Shown here: positions 18,807 to 28,833 of the stretch, in pieces
How the letters are laid out: each line of letters starts with the position of its first letter
Numbering within the stretch: the first letter of the stretch is position 1
NCBI GenBank assembly: GCA_963830915.1
Contig: CAWHOE010000005.1
Coordinates: 20,004-84,003 of the forward strand
Direction of reading: 5' to 3'
Length of the DNA stretch: 64,000 bases
DNA from: a candidate division FCPU426 bacterium
GTDB taxonomy: Bacteria; Oederibacteriota; Muellerivitia; Muellerivitales; Muellerivitaceae
Notes under the pieces: model-generated
The model's database searches: none
Seen by the model: only the letters and a program-made list of their open reading frames with translations
What the model was told of the DNA's origin: nothing
Translations under genes and position numbers: made by a program

Positions 18807-19742
18807 TTATGGCTCGAATTTCTGGACGCGGTGGTTGCCTGGATCGGTGACGTAAACATTCCCCAAGCCATCCAACGCCAAGCCGCAGGGGCCTTCGAAT
18901 TGGCCCTTGCCGGAGCCTTCACTGCCCCAAGCGGTCAAGAACTTCCCCCGGGGATCCAATTTTTCGACTCGGTTGTTCCCCATGTCCGCCACATAGATAT
19001 TGCCCAAGGCGTCCAACGCCAGCCCCCAAGGGAGATGGAACTGGCCTTCGCCTTTGCCGTCAGTGCCGATCTCCCCTAGGTAATGGGTATCGGGACCGAA
19101 TTTGGAAATCCAGACGTCATCAGCGTAAATGTCGCCCCTGCCGTCCACCGCCAGGCTTTTGATGTCGGTAAAGTTGTATTGGGTGTTGCCGTTCATGCTC
19201 GCGAAAGTTCCCCATAAGGTGAGGAATTTCCCGTTGGGAGTGAATTTTTGGATGCGGCCATCCACCACATACACGTTCCCGGCCTTGTCCAGCGCGACAC
19301 TTTTGGGCTCCACATCGTAATAGCCCAAATCGCCCATGCTATTCCCGCGTTTTCCCCAAGCCGAAACAAAGTTCCCCTGGCCATCGAACTTCTGGATACG
19401 GCAATTTCCCGCGTCCACCACATAAAGGATTCCGGCCCTGTCCACCGCCAAACCAGCCGGCCGCTGGAATTGGCCCTCGCCCTCCCCCCGGCTTCCCCAC
19501 TTCAGGAGGTATTTCCCTTTGGGACTGAACTTCTGGATTCGGTCGTTCCCTGTGTCCGAAACATAAACATTTCCAGCCCCGTCGACCGCTATTCCTGTCG
19601 GGGAATTGAACTGCCCATCCCCCGTTCCATTACTTCCCCACTGTGCGGCCCACTTGTAGCCCTCGGCGCAGGCCGGAAACCCCTGACCCAGAAGGGCCAT
19701 GATCCCCAGCCATAGAGAAGCGATTGTTAGGAATTTCACCAT
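18807..19742 (-). CDS. Secreted NHL-repeat beta-propeller protein
   Basis: Signal peptide; repeated GxGxGQFxxPxGIAVDxxGNVYVxDxGNxRIQKF. Confidence 0.9.
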   Translation of the reverse strand: MVKFLTIASLWLGIMALLGQGFPACAEGYKWAAQWGSNGTGDGQFNSPTGIAVDGAGNVYVSDTGNDRIQKFSPKGKYLLKWGSRGEGEGQFQRPAGLAVDRAGILYVVDAGNCRIQKFDGQGNFVSAWGKRGNSMGDLGYYDVEPKSVALDKAGNVYVVDGRIQKFTPNGKFLTLWGTFASMNGNTQYNFTDIKSLAVDGRGDIYADDVWISKFGPDTHYLGEIGTDGKGEGQFHLPWGLALDALGNIYVADMGNNRVEKLDPRGKFLTAWGSEGSGKGQFEGPCGLALDGLGNVYVTDPGNHRVQKFEP

Positions 19743-19782
19743 TATTTCCACTCCACCTCAGGGCAAGCCGACATGTACATGG

Positions 19783-21141
19783 TTAATTCAATGGAAATAC
19801 CCACATCTCGTTAGGTTTCCCAACGACCAAAATGGCATAACGGTCTGGATCAAATCGACAATAACCACCTAACCGATAATCAGTCCTTAATATCTTTTGG
19901 ATCTTGAGGTTTTCACCCACATAAGCGATGAGGCTGTGACTATTATCCTCGTAAAAGATCATCCAAAAGCCATTCGACCTCGAGTCGGGAAAAACAGAAA
20001 TTATTCCACCCCCTTCATCATCGGTCCAGTCTACCGTTGGTGATAGGGGCCCCTGTCCCATTTGATACTTCTCGTAATTCCCAGTGATTCCGTTGTAAGT
20101 GCCCACAACCACACGGTTATCACCCTGGACGACCTTGCCGTCTTTTATTTCAGGGTCCAATTCAAGAATGGAATCGGTTTTGTTCGGGGTCGACTGATAG
20201 AACTTCAATAACCCCAGATTCTGGTCATAGAAACTGGCCCCATGTTCGTTATAAACCCCTATCACCGAACCCTGCCGATTCCGGAATGGGACGCCATTGT
20301 CCAGATCGGGCGGTGGGAAATACCGCTGTAACCCAGGCAATTTTAATAAGTAATCATCCCCTGTATAATTTTCTAATTCCGCTTGGCCAAATAACATTCC
20401 CCGTCCCGGCAAATCCACGTACGTGAACAACCCATAGGATGTATCGACAGGGGTACAAACACTCGTCTGTGTATCAAAAATACAGTCCGTCCGGCTTTCC
20501 GTCTCCTCGTCCTTGAATACCCCATAGATGTACCTTTCCCCCATGAATAAATTCCTGAGTTCCACGAGGTTCTCCAGCCCAGGAATGGACTTAAAGGTTT
20601 TCGCGTCTAATATTTCCGAAATCTCGGCAGCCCCCCCACCTTCCATGGTATCCACCTCGGCCAGATACTTTCCCTCGGGGCTGATGTGGATCCATGTCGC
20701 CAAGTATTCTTCTGAATTGATTATGGCTTTTTCATAAAGGATCTTTTTTTTCGTGGTGTCATACAGGTAATTCCGCTGGGTGTATCGATCACTTTTGAGG
20801 TCCGGTTGGTAGAAGACCGTCAGTGCCCAAAGATGACCGTATTGGTCGCAATTGATGGTGACGCGGGTGGCCTTTTTGACAAAATCGGGAAGGCCATCCC
20901 AGGTATCGAATAGCCTGTCGGAATAAAAAACCTCTCGTCCAACATCGTGACCAATGCATAAGATATCGTAAACCTGGATCTGTTGTTTGCTTCCCCTTGA
21001 GATAAAAGAATGGTGGTTGGATATCGTTTTAACTTTGATGTTTTGGATGATGACCTTATCTTGGGCAAGGGATGGCCAAGGCAATGAGCCGACTATAAGG
21101 GCAACGAACAGAATAACCCGCAATACAGAAAGAATTTTCAA
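19783..21141 (-). CDS. Hypothetical secreted protein (start uncertain; the ORF extends to 21246)
   Basis: Long ORF; signal-peptide-like VILFVALIVGSLPWPSLA/QD after TTG 21141; beta-rich. Confidence 0.6.
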   Translation of the reverse strand: MKILSVLRVILFVALIVGSLPWPSLAQDKVIIQNIKVKTISNHHSFISRGSKQQIQVYDILCIGHDVGREVFYSDRLFDTWDGLPDFVKKATRVTINCDQYGHLWALTVFYQPDLKSDRYTQRNYLYDTTKKKILYEKAIINSEEYLATWIHISPEGKYLAEVDTMEGGGAAEISEILDAKTFKSIPGLENLVELRNLFMGERYIYGVFKDEETESRTDCIFDTQTSVCTPVDTSYGLFTYVDLPGRGMLFGQAELENYTGDDYLLKLPGLQRYFPPPDLDNGVPFRNRQGSVIGVYNEHGASFYDQNLGLLKFYQSTPNKTDSILELDPEIKDGKVVQGDNRVVVGTYNGITGNYEKYQMGQGPLSPTVDWTDDEGGGIISVFPDSRSNGFWMIFYEDNSHSLIAYVGENLKIQKILRTDYRLGGYCRFDPDRYAILVVGKPNEMWVFPLN

Positions 21142-21245
21142 TATGCGTTCCCTATTTTCCCGAAAGTTCCTTGCTAAATAAAAAGGTGCCTGGCCAACAG
21201 TGTCCATTTTTGAAGCCTCATCCGAATTCGTTCCCATTATAAACA

Positions 21246-21275
21246 AAAGGCACGTACCCTTAGGTACATGCCTTT
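21246..21275 (-). terminator. Probable intrinsic terminator
   Basis: Minus strand AAAGGCATGTACC-TAAG-GGTACGTGCCTTT followed by a T-rich tail, downstream of 21347..22918. Confidence 0.55.
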
Positions 21276-21346
21276 GTGATCAACAATTTAATTGTTAAAT
21301 TCATTCAATTCTTCGTTTTAATTAACCTCGGTCCCTTATACTTCAC

Positions 21347-22918
21347 TCAATACGGGGCGAATTTTTGAACATTATTATTTCCGTAATCCGTCACATACAC
21401 ATTTCCAGAACTATCGATTGCCATTCCCCAAGGTTGGTTAAAACCATTGGTCCAGGAAACCAAAAAGTTTCCGGAAGAATCGAATTTTTGTATTCTTTTA
21501 TTACCCGAATCCGCGACCAATTCATTTCCTGAACTATCGATAGCAACTCCTACGGGGCCGGCAAATAAACCATTACTCGCTCCGGAACCACCCCAAGTTC
21601 TAATCTGACCACCACTAGAACTCATTTCTTCTATAAATTGGCTTTCTGAAAAATAAAGGTCATCCGAAGAATTAACAGCCACAAAATTAAGTGAATTAGG
21701 TAGTGATCCTCCTAATTCATTCATATAAGTTCCGCCTGTTGTGAACTGATAAATACGGCCATTATTGGCGTAATAAGTTCCATCCATTACGTACAAATCA
21801 GAATAAGGACCAATCGCGATACCCCAAATATATTTATCGAATCCGCCCCCTGTCCAACCAGGCCCTATTTGAGATAAAAATGTTCCGCTTGAGTTAAATT
21901 TTTGAACACGTTGATTTAAAGCATCTACAACGTAAAGGTTATTTGAACTATCAACAGCCAAACCTTGAGGAGCACTGAATTGGCTATTACCGGTTCCCGG
22001 CCCGCCTAACGTACCGACGAAATTTCCGCTGGTATCGAACTTTTGTATCCGGTTGTTGCCTGAATCAGCCACATATACGGTACCCAAACCGTCAACAGCT
22101 ATTCCAGTAGGACCAGAAAGTTGACCGGTCCCTGTTCCAGTACCTCCGAATGAAAGTTTAAAGGGATATACAAACGTTGATGTTGGCGTAAAGGTATTGG
22201 TGGGGGTAAAAGTATATGTTGGTGTGAACGTATAAGTTGGGGTTGGTGTACTGACACAATAAATCGCGATAAATACTATTTGATCGGAAGTTTGGGTCCA
22301 CCCAGTACTCGGTAAACTCGCAGGGAAACTTCCGAAGGTATAAAGCCGATAATCAACCGTTCCACCGCCTGAACTATAGTTTAAATTTGTCCCATTTTGG
22401 GTTTGCACCGCGATCCAATAATTCCCTGGTTGGAGCGAAAGAGGCGTGGTGAGGGCTAAATTATTAACACCCGTCACCGCCGATTGAGAATTGGTATTTC
22501 CCAGTAATGAACAAGGTACACCCGAACAATCACTGTAAACCGCCATTTCCACATTACCAGTAGCATTCGTTAACGAAGTTTTTAAGGCCGTGATTACCCC
22601 GGCGCCAGTCAACGTGAAACTTTCGGTTATCAAATATCCCGAAGGATAACCCGATAGGGCCCCCGAAATATTTCCCATCGTCGAGGGAAAGGGGCAACCA
22701 AACCAAGTGCCCGTTGGAGTCGGTAGGTTAGTACTTGTATATGTAAAGGTCGGTGTGCAGGTGGGTGAGGTCCCGACCCAACAGGCTTGTGTAAAGGTAG
22801 GAGTAGGCGCGGGTGGATTTTTAGAGGGGGCCGAAGGACTATTACTCCCGCAAGCACTAATGAATGCCGTGATAACCACAGAAAGGAAAAGAAGCATAAA
22901 AATAACGTGACGTTTCAT
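21347..22918 (-). CDS. Lipoprotein with Pro/Thr linkers, a beta-sandwich-like domain and C-terminal NHL repeats
   Basis: Lipobox ISAC; TPTYTFTPT repeats; LQPGNYWIAV; NHL repeats. Confidence 0.85.
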   Translation of the reverse strand: MKRHVIFMLLFLSVVITAFISACGSNSPSAPSKNPPAPTPTFTQACWVGTSPTCTPTFTYTSTNLPTPTGTWFGCPFPSTMGNISGALSGYPSGYLITESFTLTGAGVITALKTSLTNATGNVEMAVYSDCSGVPCSLLGNTNSQSAVTGVNNLALTTPLSLQPGNYWIAVQTQNGTNLNYSSGGGTVDYRLYTFGSFPASLPSTGWTQTSDQIVFIAIYCVSTPTPTYTFTPTYTFTPTNTFTPTSTFVYPFKLSFGGTGTGTGQLSGPTGIAVDGLGTVYVADSGNNRIQKFDTSGNFVGTLGGPGTGNSQFSAPQGLAVDSSNNLYVVDALNQRVQKFNSSGTFLSQIGPGWTGGGFDKYIWGIAIGPYSDLYVMDGTYYANNGRIYQFTTGGTYMNELGGSLPNSLNFVAVNSSDDLYFSESQFIEEMSSSGGQIRTWGGSGASNGLFAGPVGVAIDSSGNELVADSGNKRIQKFDSSGNFLVSWTNGFNQPWGMAIDSSGNVYVTDYGNNNVQKFAPY

Positions 22919-23189
22919 AAAAAAACCTCCAAAACAGCATATTTTTTAAATGTTAAACCTATTACAAACATCTCAATATGAGTAAAATCACAAACCTTCA
23001 CTCAATAAAGGTTATTTCATTAAATGCTTTCTATAAGGGGTATTTGTCATTCTTTTTGAGAACATCAAAGCTAACCTCCTCTAAATTCCACAGAAATCAT
23101 TCGAAACTAGACTGGTATTAATGGATACCTCCTCGCTGTCATTGATTATTTTTCTCTCAACTTCAGGAAAGCCCACTTGCAACATTTCC

Positions 23190-24512
23190 TTAAGGTGATG
23201 TCGCCGCGATGGTGCTAGGGCCGGCGGCAACCGCCACAAATGTCCCATTCCCATAAGCCACTGACGTCCAAGGACGTGTACTGGGAAGGTTGGGGGCGGA
23301 CCAGTTGATGCCATCCGGTGATGTCACAGCCACCCCGCTATTGATACCAACCGCTACAAACACCCCATCGCCGTAGGTAACGGATAACCAGTTTTGAGAA
23401 CTGGGAAGGGTTTGGGGCGTCCAGGTGCTTCCATCCGGCGATGTCGCCGCGACCGCGCTACCATTGGCGATAGCCACAAATGTCCCATTCCCATAAGCCA
23501 GTAACTGCCAATACTGCGAGCTTGGGAGGTTTTGGGGCGTCCAGGTGGCCCCATCCGGCGATGTGGCCGCCGCCTGGCCGTAAGCGGTCGCCAAGAACTC
23601 CCCATTCCCGTAAGTCACCGCGTACCAGTACTGCGAGCTTGGGAGGGTTTGAGGCGTCCAAGTGATGCCATCCGGCGATGTCGCCGCCGCCGCGCTGGGA
23701 CCATCCGCGACGATCACAAACACCCCATTCCCATAAGCCACTGACGTCCAATAATTTGAACTGGGAAGGGTTTGGGGCGTCCAGGTGATCCCGTCCGGCG
23801 ATGTCAGCGCTACCGCGCAATTAAAACCAACAAGCATAAAAACCCCGTTCCCGTAGGTCATGGACCGCCAGCTTTGTGAACTGGGGAGGGTGCGGGGCGT
23901 CCAAGTGATGCCATCCGGCGATGTCGCCGCGACCGCGCTACCATTGGCGATAGCCACAAATGTCCCATTCCCATAGGTCACTAGCTCCCAGTTCTCGGAG
24001 GTGGGGAGGGTTTGGGGCGTCCAGGACGAACCGGGGATGGGTGTGTTGGTGGGTGTATTCGTAAAGGTTGAAGAAATGGTCGAGGTATTGGTGGGTGTGT
24101 CGGTTGTCGTGTTCGAGGGAGTGGACGTGATTGTCGCTGTCAACGTGTCAGTGGGCGTAAAGGTGATGGTTGGGGTATTGGTTGATGTCGGACTATTGCT
24201 GGGGGTCAGGGACGCTGTCGGGCTGTCCGTGTTGACGGGGGTAAAGGTTGTCGTTGGGGTAGCGGTGGAGGTAGATGTGGCGGAAAAAGTGGCCGTATTC
24301 AATGGGGTGTTGGTGGGCGTTCGGGTCAAAGAAAAGGTCGCGGTAAATACAGGTGTCTGTGTGGGCGTAAAGGACGACGTGAGGGTGTTGGTTGGGTTGC
24401 TGTTACCACCCGGGGAGGTGGGGTTGTCGGTTTTGCCCCCGCAGGAAAAAGAGGTAAGGATCAAGGATGCGGCCAACAATGGGGGCAGGACCAGGATGAG
24501 AAATTTTCTCAC
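23190..24512 (-). CDS. Lipoprotein with Thr/Pro-rich stalk and seven 39-41 aa repeats (putative 7-blade propeller)
   Basis: Lipobox SFSC; TPTNTPT stalk; WTPQTLPSS..W..V.YGNG.F.......A.TSPDG x7. Confidence 0.85.
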   Translation of the reverse strand: MRKFLILVLPPLLAASLILTSFSCGGKTDNPTSPGGNSNPTNTLTSSFTPTQTPVFTATFSLTRTPTNTPLNTATFSATSTSTATPTTTFTPVNTDSPTASLTPSNSPTSTNTPTITFTPTDTLTATITSTPSNTTTDTPTNTSTISSTFTNTPTNTPIPGSSWTPQTLPTSENWELVTYGNGTFVAIANGSAVAATSPDGITWTPRTLPSSQSWRSMTYGNGVFMLVGFNCAVALTSPDGITWTPQTLPSSNYWTSVAYGNGVFVIVADGPSAAAATSPDGITWTPQTLPSSQYWYAVTYGNGEFLATAYGQAAATSPDGATWTPQNLPSSQYWQLLAYGNGTFVAIANGSAVAATSPDGSTWTPQTLPSSQNWLSVTYGDGVFVAVGINSGVAVTSPDGINWSAPNLPSTRPWTSVAYGNGTFVAVAAGPSTIAATSP

Positions 24513-24655
24513 GGAGAGCCTCGTGTAATGTCATTCGGTGTGTTCCCCCAAGACGAATGGGAAAATGACCCGCTCCCCTGCTGGTCTATTTGATACCTAT
24601 TTCTAAAAGAGTCAATGTTGGATTTATCGGAAGGACCAATTAGAAGCTAGATGTC

Positions 24656-24798
24656 TTGTCCACGGAGGGACCCCAGGTAGTAGACCTCCCTATAGCAGAG
24701 TTTCAGAAACCGAAACACGCTATAGGGCACAGCACTACAGGGTTTACCCTAAAGTGTGCCCAACGGGCTCTACTTTAGGGCACAGCCGTCATGGACAA
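24656..24798. repeat. Inverted-end intergenic element E1 (143 bp)
   Basis: TTGTCCACGGAGGGACCCCAG...CCGTCATGGACAA with two internal hairpins. Confidence 0.8.
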
Positions 24799-24804
24799 TA
24801 TTTT

Positions 24805-25317
24805 TTACTTGAAAAGCCCTTTTAATGTGTCCATAGCCGCGACGAGTGAGCGCGAGCCTTCATCAAAAGGATAAAACCCGTACTGGATGTAAAACCCCTC
24901 AGCTTTTTTATTCTTTGCGTCTACGATCATATACTTTGCCGCGACGGATTGAACAGCTACGACAGACCGGCGAATGGCATCCATCAATAACATCTCCCCC
25001 AATCCAGTTCCCTGCCATTTTCGGTCAACGGCAAGACGGGCCAATCGGACAGCGGGAACCGGATATTTGGGAAGGTTTTTGCGGTGAGATTCCGGAAGGG
25101 ACCGTAATTCCACCTGAGCCATGCTCAACGTGTGGTAACCCGCCGCGATCGGTTCTCCTTCGACGGGAACAAGAACATAAGTACTGCCCAAACCCTTGCG
25201 ATGGTTCTGACCGGCGAATTTCCTTAAATAATCATTAAGCTCGGGGATCCCGCAATCAAACGATCGGAGTTCGGGTTTTTGGATGATCGAAATGAACCGC
25301 CATTGGGGCTTTGCCAT
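24805..25317 (-). CDS. GNAT acetyltransferase toxin (AtaT/TacT type)
   Basis: FDCG..ELNDYL, YPVPAVRLARLAVDRKWQGTGLGEMLLMDA, VDAKN..A..FY..YGF. Confidence 0.9.
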   Translation of the reverse strand: MAKPQWRFISIIQKPELRSFDCGIPELNDYLRKFAGQNHRKGLGSTYVLVPVEGEPIAAGYHTLSMAQVELRSLPESHRKNLPKYPVPAVRLARLAVDRKWQGTGLGEMLLMDAIRRSVVAVQSVAAKYMIVDAKNKKAEGFYIQYGFYPFDEGSRSLVAAMDTLKGLFK

Positions 25318-25328
25318 TAGGACTGGAG

Positions 25329-25616
25329 TTAGGATATTTCTTTTTGGTAGCGCCGGGCCGCCGCCTTAAGTTTCTCGTTGGGCGCGAGAGGGTTATCCAA
25401 GAGACGCAGGAATAAATTCAAGTCCTTGGGGGACGGACTATAGGTTTTGTAAACAGCCGCGTTTTCATGGGCCGCGTGGATGGATTTTGTCACGAGATAA
25501 GAACTCAGGCTCAAACCCTGCGCTTGGGCGGCTTTTTCTAACAATCGCTTATCCTGGGGTCTTACCCTCAGTTCGATGCGTTCTTCTTTGGTTTTAAGAG
25601 CTTTCGTCATGGCCAT
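25329..25616 (-). CDS. DUF1778 family antitoxin
   Basis: KEERIELRV....K.LLEKAA...G.SLSSY...LDNP.APNEKLK.A; directly upstream of the GNAT toxin. Confidence 0.9.
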   Translation of the reverse strand: MAMTKALKTKEERIELRVRPQDKRLLEKAAQAQGLSLSSYLVTKSIHAAHENAAVYKTYSPSPKDLNLFLRLLDNPLAPNEKLKAAARRYQKEIS

Positions 25617-25640
25617 ACCTCTGTTCCAAATATACCATAT

Positions 25641-25661
25641 TGTACGGAACATTACCGTACA
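25641..25661 (-). promoter_or_regulatory. Probable TA operator
   Basis: TGTACGG-N7-CCGTACA inverted repeat 25 bp upstream of the antitoxin start. Confidence 0.6.
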
Positions 25662-25667
25662 TACTTA

Positions 25668-25753
25668 TTGTCCACTCTAGGTCCCCAGATTGGTCAACTT
25701 ATAATTTGGCCTGAGTAAGCGAAGCGCATCGAAGGGGTCCCCGTCGTGGACAA
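25668..25753. repeat. Inverted-end intergenic element E2 (86 bp)
   Basis: TTGTCCACTCTAGGTCCCCAG...CCGTCGTGGACAA; interior similar to E5. Confidence 0.8.
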
Positions 25754-25791
25754 TATGAAAACAACCCAACCTTCCAATAGCGGATGTTCCC

Positions 25792-26892
25792 TTATTTTTG
25801 TTTGACGCCTAAAAGATCCAATGCTATCGATGCTTTTTTAGCCTCCGTCCAATCTCCGCTTTTGCTGGCAAGGGTATACCAACGGATCGCTTCCGCTTTA
25901 TTTACGGGCACCCCAACACCTTTCTCGTATATTTCGGCCAATTCGTTTTGTGACTTTGCGTCACCCTGGTTGGCGGCCTTCTGATACCACTGGAAGGCTA
26001 ATCCTTGATCCTGCGAGAACCCGCCCATCCCCACCTGATAGCACTGCGCGATTCCCCGCTGGGCGGCCGCATCCCCTTTTTCGGCCCTTTCAATGAAAGC
26101 GTATTGGCCTTGGGTGAATATAAGCAAGAAAAAAAAGATCAAACAAAGGATAGCGCCCGTTACCCAGGCCCATCGGTATCGCGTGACCTTTTCCTCGACG
26201 ATCACCACCGTTCCAGCGAGAAAATCATGCAGGGCCCGGCGGCGGTCATTGGTCAACAACACAAGGATTTCGCTAAAGGTCCAGAACATCATTAAGTTCT
26301 TGAATTTATCTGACATGAATTTAAAGGTGTCCGGCGGCAGAACACTGTCGCCAAGGATCTTTAAATTGAGGTCAAGAATTCCGAAAGCGACCAGAAACAC
26401 TTTCGTCAAGTAACCTAGGCTTTGTAGGATATCCAGCAAGTTCCTTAAAAATATATGCCTCCAACCGATGGGCTGATAATCTGCCGTAACCACTTTGATC
26501 CCCATCGCCATCTTGCCCGGGGATTGCCCCCATCGTTTGAGCATATAAAGGGTAAGAACGGTCATGGAAAGCACGAACCACATATTGGAATTTTCACTAA
26601 AGGCGTATTTTTTATTCACAAGGAACATCAGGTCGATCAGGGCAAAGGTCAATCCTGAATCCACGATCAAACTACCTGTCCGTATCCAGAAGCCAGCGTA
26701 TTTATACTGGCGTACCTCCAGGTGATAGGTCTCGTAGTCTATCTCGGTGTTGATCGCGTAGACCAACCCGGCCAGGACCAGGAAAAGACCGGACCAAAAA
26801 CCTACCGTTAGAGTGACCAACATTGAGGATAAGAAAATCAAAACGATTATCAAATCGGCGTTAGAATTGATTTTTGATGATCTCTCAGGCAT
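25792..26892 (-). CDS. RDD-family membrane protein with C-terminal Sel1 repeats
   Basis: YAGFWIR...D, GQSPGKMAMGIKVV, RRALHDFLAGTVV; two Sel1 repeats (WYQKAANQGD). Confidence 0.85.
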   Translation of the reverse strand: MPERSSKINSNADLIIVLIFLSSMLVTLTVGFWSGLFLVLAGLVYAINTEIDYETYHLEVRQYKYAGFWIRTGSLIVDSGLTFALIDLMFLVNKKYAFSENSNMWFVLSMTVLTLYMLKRWGQSPGKMAMGIKVVTADYQPIGWRHIFLRNLLDILQSLGYLTKVFLVAFGILDLNLKILGDSVLPPDTFKFMSDKFKNLMMFWTFSEILVLLTNDRRRALHDFLAGTVVIVEEKVTRYRWAWVTGAILCLIFFFLLIFTQGQYAFIERAEKGDAAAQRGIAQCYQVGMGGFSQDQGLAFQWYQKAANQGDAKSQNELAEIYEKGVGVPVNKAEAIRWYTLASKSGDWTEAKKASIALDLLGVKQK

Positions 26893-27006
26893 ATGACCTC
26901 GTTTTAATACTAGAATTCAATAAGTCTGATTTTAATCTTCATCAGAATCGACGACATCATTTAAATCTAATTTGTGGCAACAACCTTGAAAATTACGAAA
27001 TTTTCC

Positions 27007-27036
27007 TTGTCCACTACACCTCACCGTCGTGGACAA
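27007..27036. repeat. Inverted-end intergenic element E3 (30 bp, minimal form)
   Basis: TTGTCCACTACACCTCACCGTCGTGGACAA. Confidence 0.8.
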
Positions 27037-27065
27037 GTAAACCAAGCGCCCTCAAGTGTGATCGG

Positions 27066-27731
27066 TTAGCCTGGCCCTTTTGTACCCGACAAGGCCTCTT
27101 TCGCCGCCTTCAGCAACTCCTGCGGGTCCACCCGGACCTTGATGTCCGGGTTGTAATAAACGAAGTGAATGAGCCCCCGGGTATCCACCACATACGCCGC
27201 CGGAACGGGCAATTCGTGGAGGGAATTCCCCGTGGCTTTCTCCAGATCGACCCCGAATCCCTTCATCTTGTCCAATGTTTGGGCGTCCAACCTGTAGGCT
27301 AGGCCGAACTGGCGAGTCACTTCCATTTTACGGTCGGAAAGCAGGGTGTATTGTATTCCATGTTTCTCAAGGCTTTCACGCAGGCTCTCGGGCTTATCCG
27401 GGGTGATGGCCAAGACCTGGTACCCCATCTTCCTCAGGTCGGGCTCGACCTTCACCAATTGACCCATTTGGAGGTTGCAATAGGGGCACCAGCCTCCCCG
27501 GTAAAAAATGAGGACGCTGGGTTTTCGGGAAACGAGGGTTTGCAGGTCCACCTTTTTCCCCTCAAGGGTCGTCAGCTCGCCGTTGGGAATGCTTTGTCCC
27601 TTCCCCAGGGGCTGAACTTCCTTCGGGTTGTCGTAAAGGGGCTTACCCATGGATCCGGCCATCGATGTTTCAACCATGGCCAGGCCTCCCAGAAAAATTA
27701 AGATCCAAAAAAAAGTCGAACGGTTCCACAC
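27066..27731 (-). CDS. Secreted peroxiredoxin-like (AhpC/TSA family) protein
   Basis: Signal peptide; FYRGGWCPYC; LPVPAAYVVD. Confidence 0.9.
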   Translation of the reverse strand: MWNRSTFFWILIFLGGLAMVETSMAGSMGKPLYDNPKEVQPLGKGQSIPNGELTTLEGKKVDLQTLVSRKPSVLIFYRGGWCPYCNLQMGQLVKVEPDLRKMGYQVLAITPDKPESLRESLEKHGIQYTLLSDRKMEVTRQFGLAYRLDAQTLDKMKGFGVDLEKATGNSLHELPVPAAYVVDTRGLIHFVYYNPDIKVRVDPQELLKAAKEALSGTKGPG

Positions 27732-27789
27732 TTGCCACCTCCGTGAATTTAAGAACTCTTATTTAAATATCAAAACCAATGGGTTCGAA

Positions 27790-27967
27790 CTGCCCACGAC
27801 GGGTCCCCCTGTACCAACCCCGGAAGGAGAGCTCTTCGACCACCCTTCAGGGCATGGACTTCGTCACCACGCAGCAGAACTTCGCACGCTGCATGACACG
27901 GCAGTACAGGGTTTACCCTAAAGTGTGCCCAACTTGCTCTACTTTAGGGCACAGCCATCATGGACAA
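27790..27967. repeat. Inverted-end intergenic element E4 (178 bp)
   Basis: CTGCCCACGACGGGTCCCC...CCATCATGGACAA; last about 60 bp nearly identical to the end of E1. Confidence 0.8.
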
Positions 27968-28004
27968 TCTTAACTCTTCCGAGATTTAATTATCCGCGCG
28001 AGGC

Positions 28005-28610
28005 TTAAAACCGCTGGGTGAACGCTAAGCCTGGTTGATGCGTGTTGGGCAGCATCATCAGGGACAAGCCGTTATCATGTTGGACCTGATAGTTGTAACG
28101 GTTGACGGCGTTGTAGCGGTCGTTCCCCGCGTCGCTTTCCAGGATAAAGCCCACGACACACGCGACGGTTCCCGCGCCCCAGATGGCAACGGCCAGCCCG
28201 ACGTCGGTATTGGCGGGGACCGTGATGGTGTCCCCGTATTGATCCGTGGTGGTCGTGGTATTGCCGATATTGGCCATCTGGATGACGAAATCGGTAAGAC
28301 CCGCGGCCCAAACCACCGCCCCACCCCATAACAGCGGTTGTCCCCAAGCGTCATTGTTTTCGGCCGAGTGGATCAATTGGCTGGCCTGGGGGTCCCCCAA
28401 CGGGTCGATCACTTTCTCGAATTGGCGGTAGCTTTGGAGCGGCAGCCCGTCGTAATAAAAGCCGTTCGAGGAGTACTTTCCCCAGCCAAATGTCTGGATC
28501 TCGATCGGAAGGAATTTGGTCTTAGGAGTGGTAGTCGCGGTATCGTCCTGCGCCTGGCAAACTCCCGCGGACGCCATGATCACTAATAAAATCCAAGCCA
28601 ATGTACGCAT
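28005..28610 (-). CDS. Hypothetical exported/membrane protein ending in Phe
   Basis: GGAGG RBS; signal peptide; two hydrophobic helices; AVNRYN; C-terminal PGLAFTQRF. Confidence 0.75.
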   Translation of the reverse strand: MRTLAWILLVIMASAGVCQAQDDTATTTPKTKFLPIEIQTFGWGKYSSNGFYYDGLPLQSYRQFEKVIDPLGDPQASQLIHSAENNDAWGQPLLWGGAVVWAAGLTDFVIQMANIGNTTTTTDQYGDTITVPANTDVGLAVAIWGAGTVACVVGFILESDAGNDRYNAVNRYNYQVQHDNGLSLMMLPNTHQPGLAFTQRF

Positions 28611-28746
28611 ACCATCCTCCCTTGATATTCGACTTTTATTAAGTAACCAAGCTTTGAGCGTTACGCCACCAAGCAACTCTTTCTTTTAGACGCTCCAAAC
28701 CATTCAAAGGGCTTCTTCATTATGTTGGGTTTTAGAATTATTTTCT

Positions 28747-28823
28747 TTGTCCACGACGGGTCCCCAGATTAGACAACTTATAATTAGCCCTGAGCCCGTC
28801 GAAGGGGTCCCTATCATGGACAA
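28747..28823. repeat. Inverted-end intergenic element E5 (77 bp)
   Basis: TTGTCCACGACGGGTCCCCAG...CTATCATGGACAA. Confidence 0.8.
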
Positions 28824-28833
28824 GTTAGCCGGT

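Noticed and set aside
23190..24030. 120-bp tandem repeats as a CRISPR array
   Set aside because: In-frame coding repeats of a lipoprotein, with no unique spacers and no cas genes
24656..28823. E1-E5 as canonical attC sites, CRISPR repeats, DnaA boxes or IS-derived MITEs
   Set aside because: They lack the AAC/GTT cores of attC; they are separated by whole genes, unlike CRISPR repeats; none reads TT(A/G)TCCACA; no target-site duplications or transposase are visible
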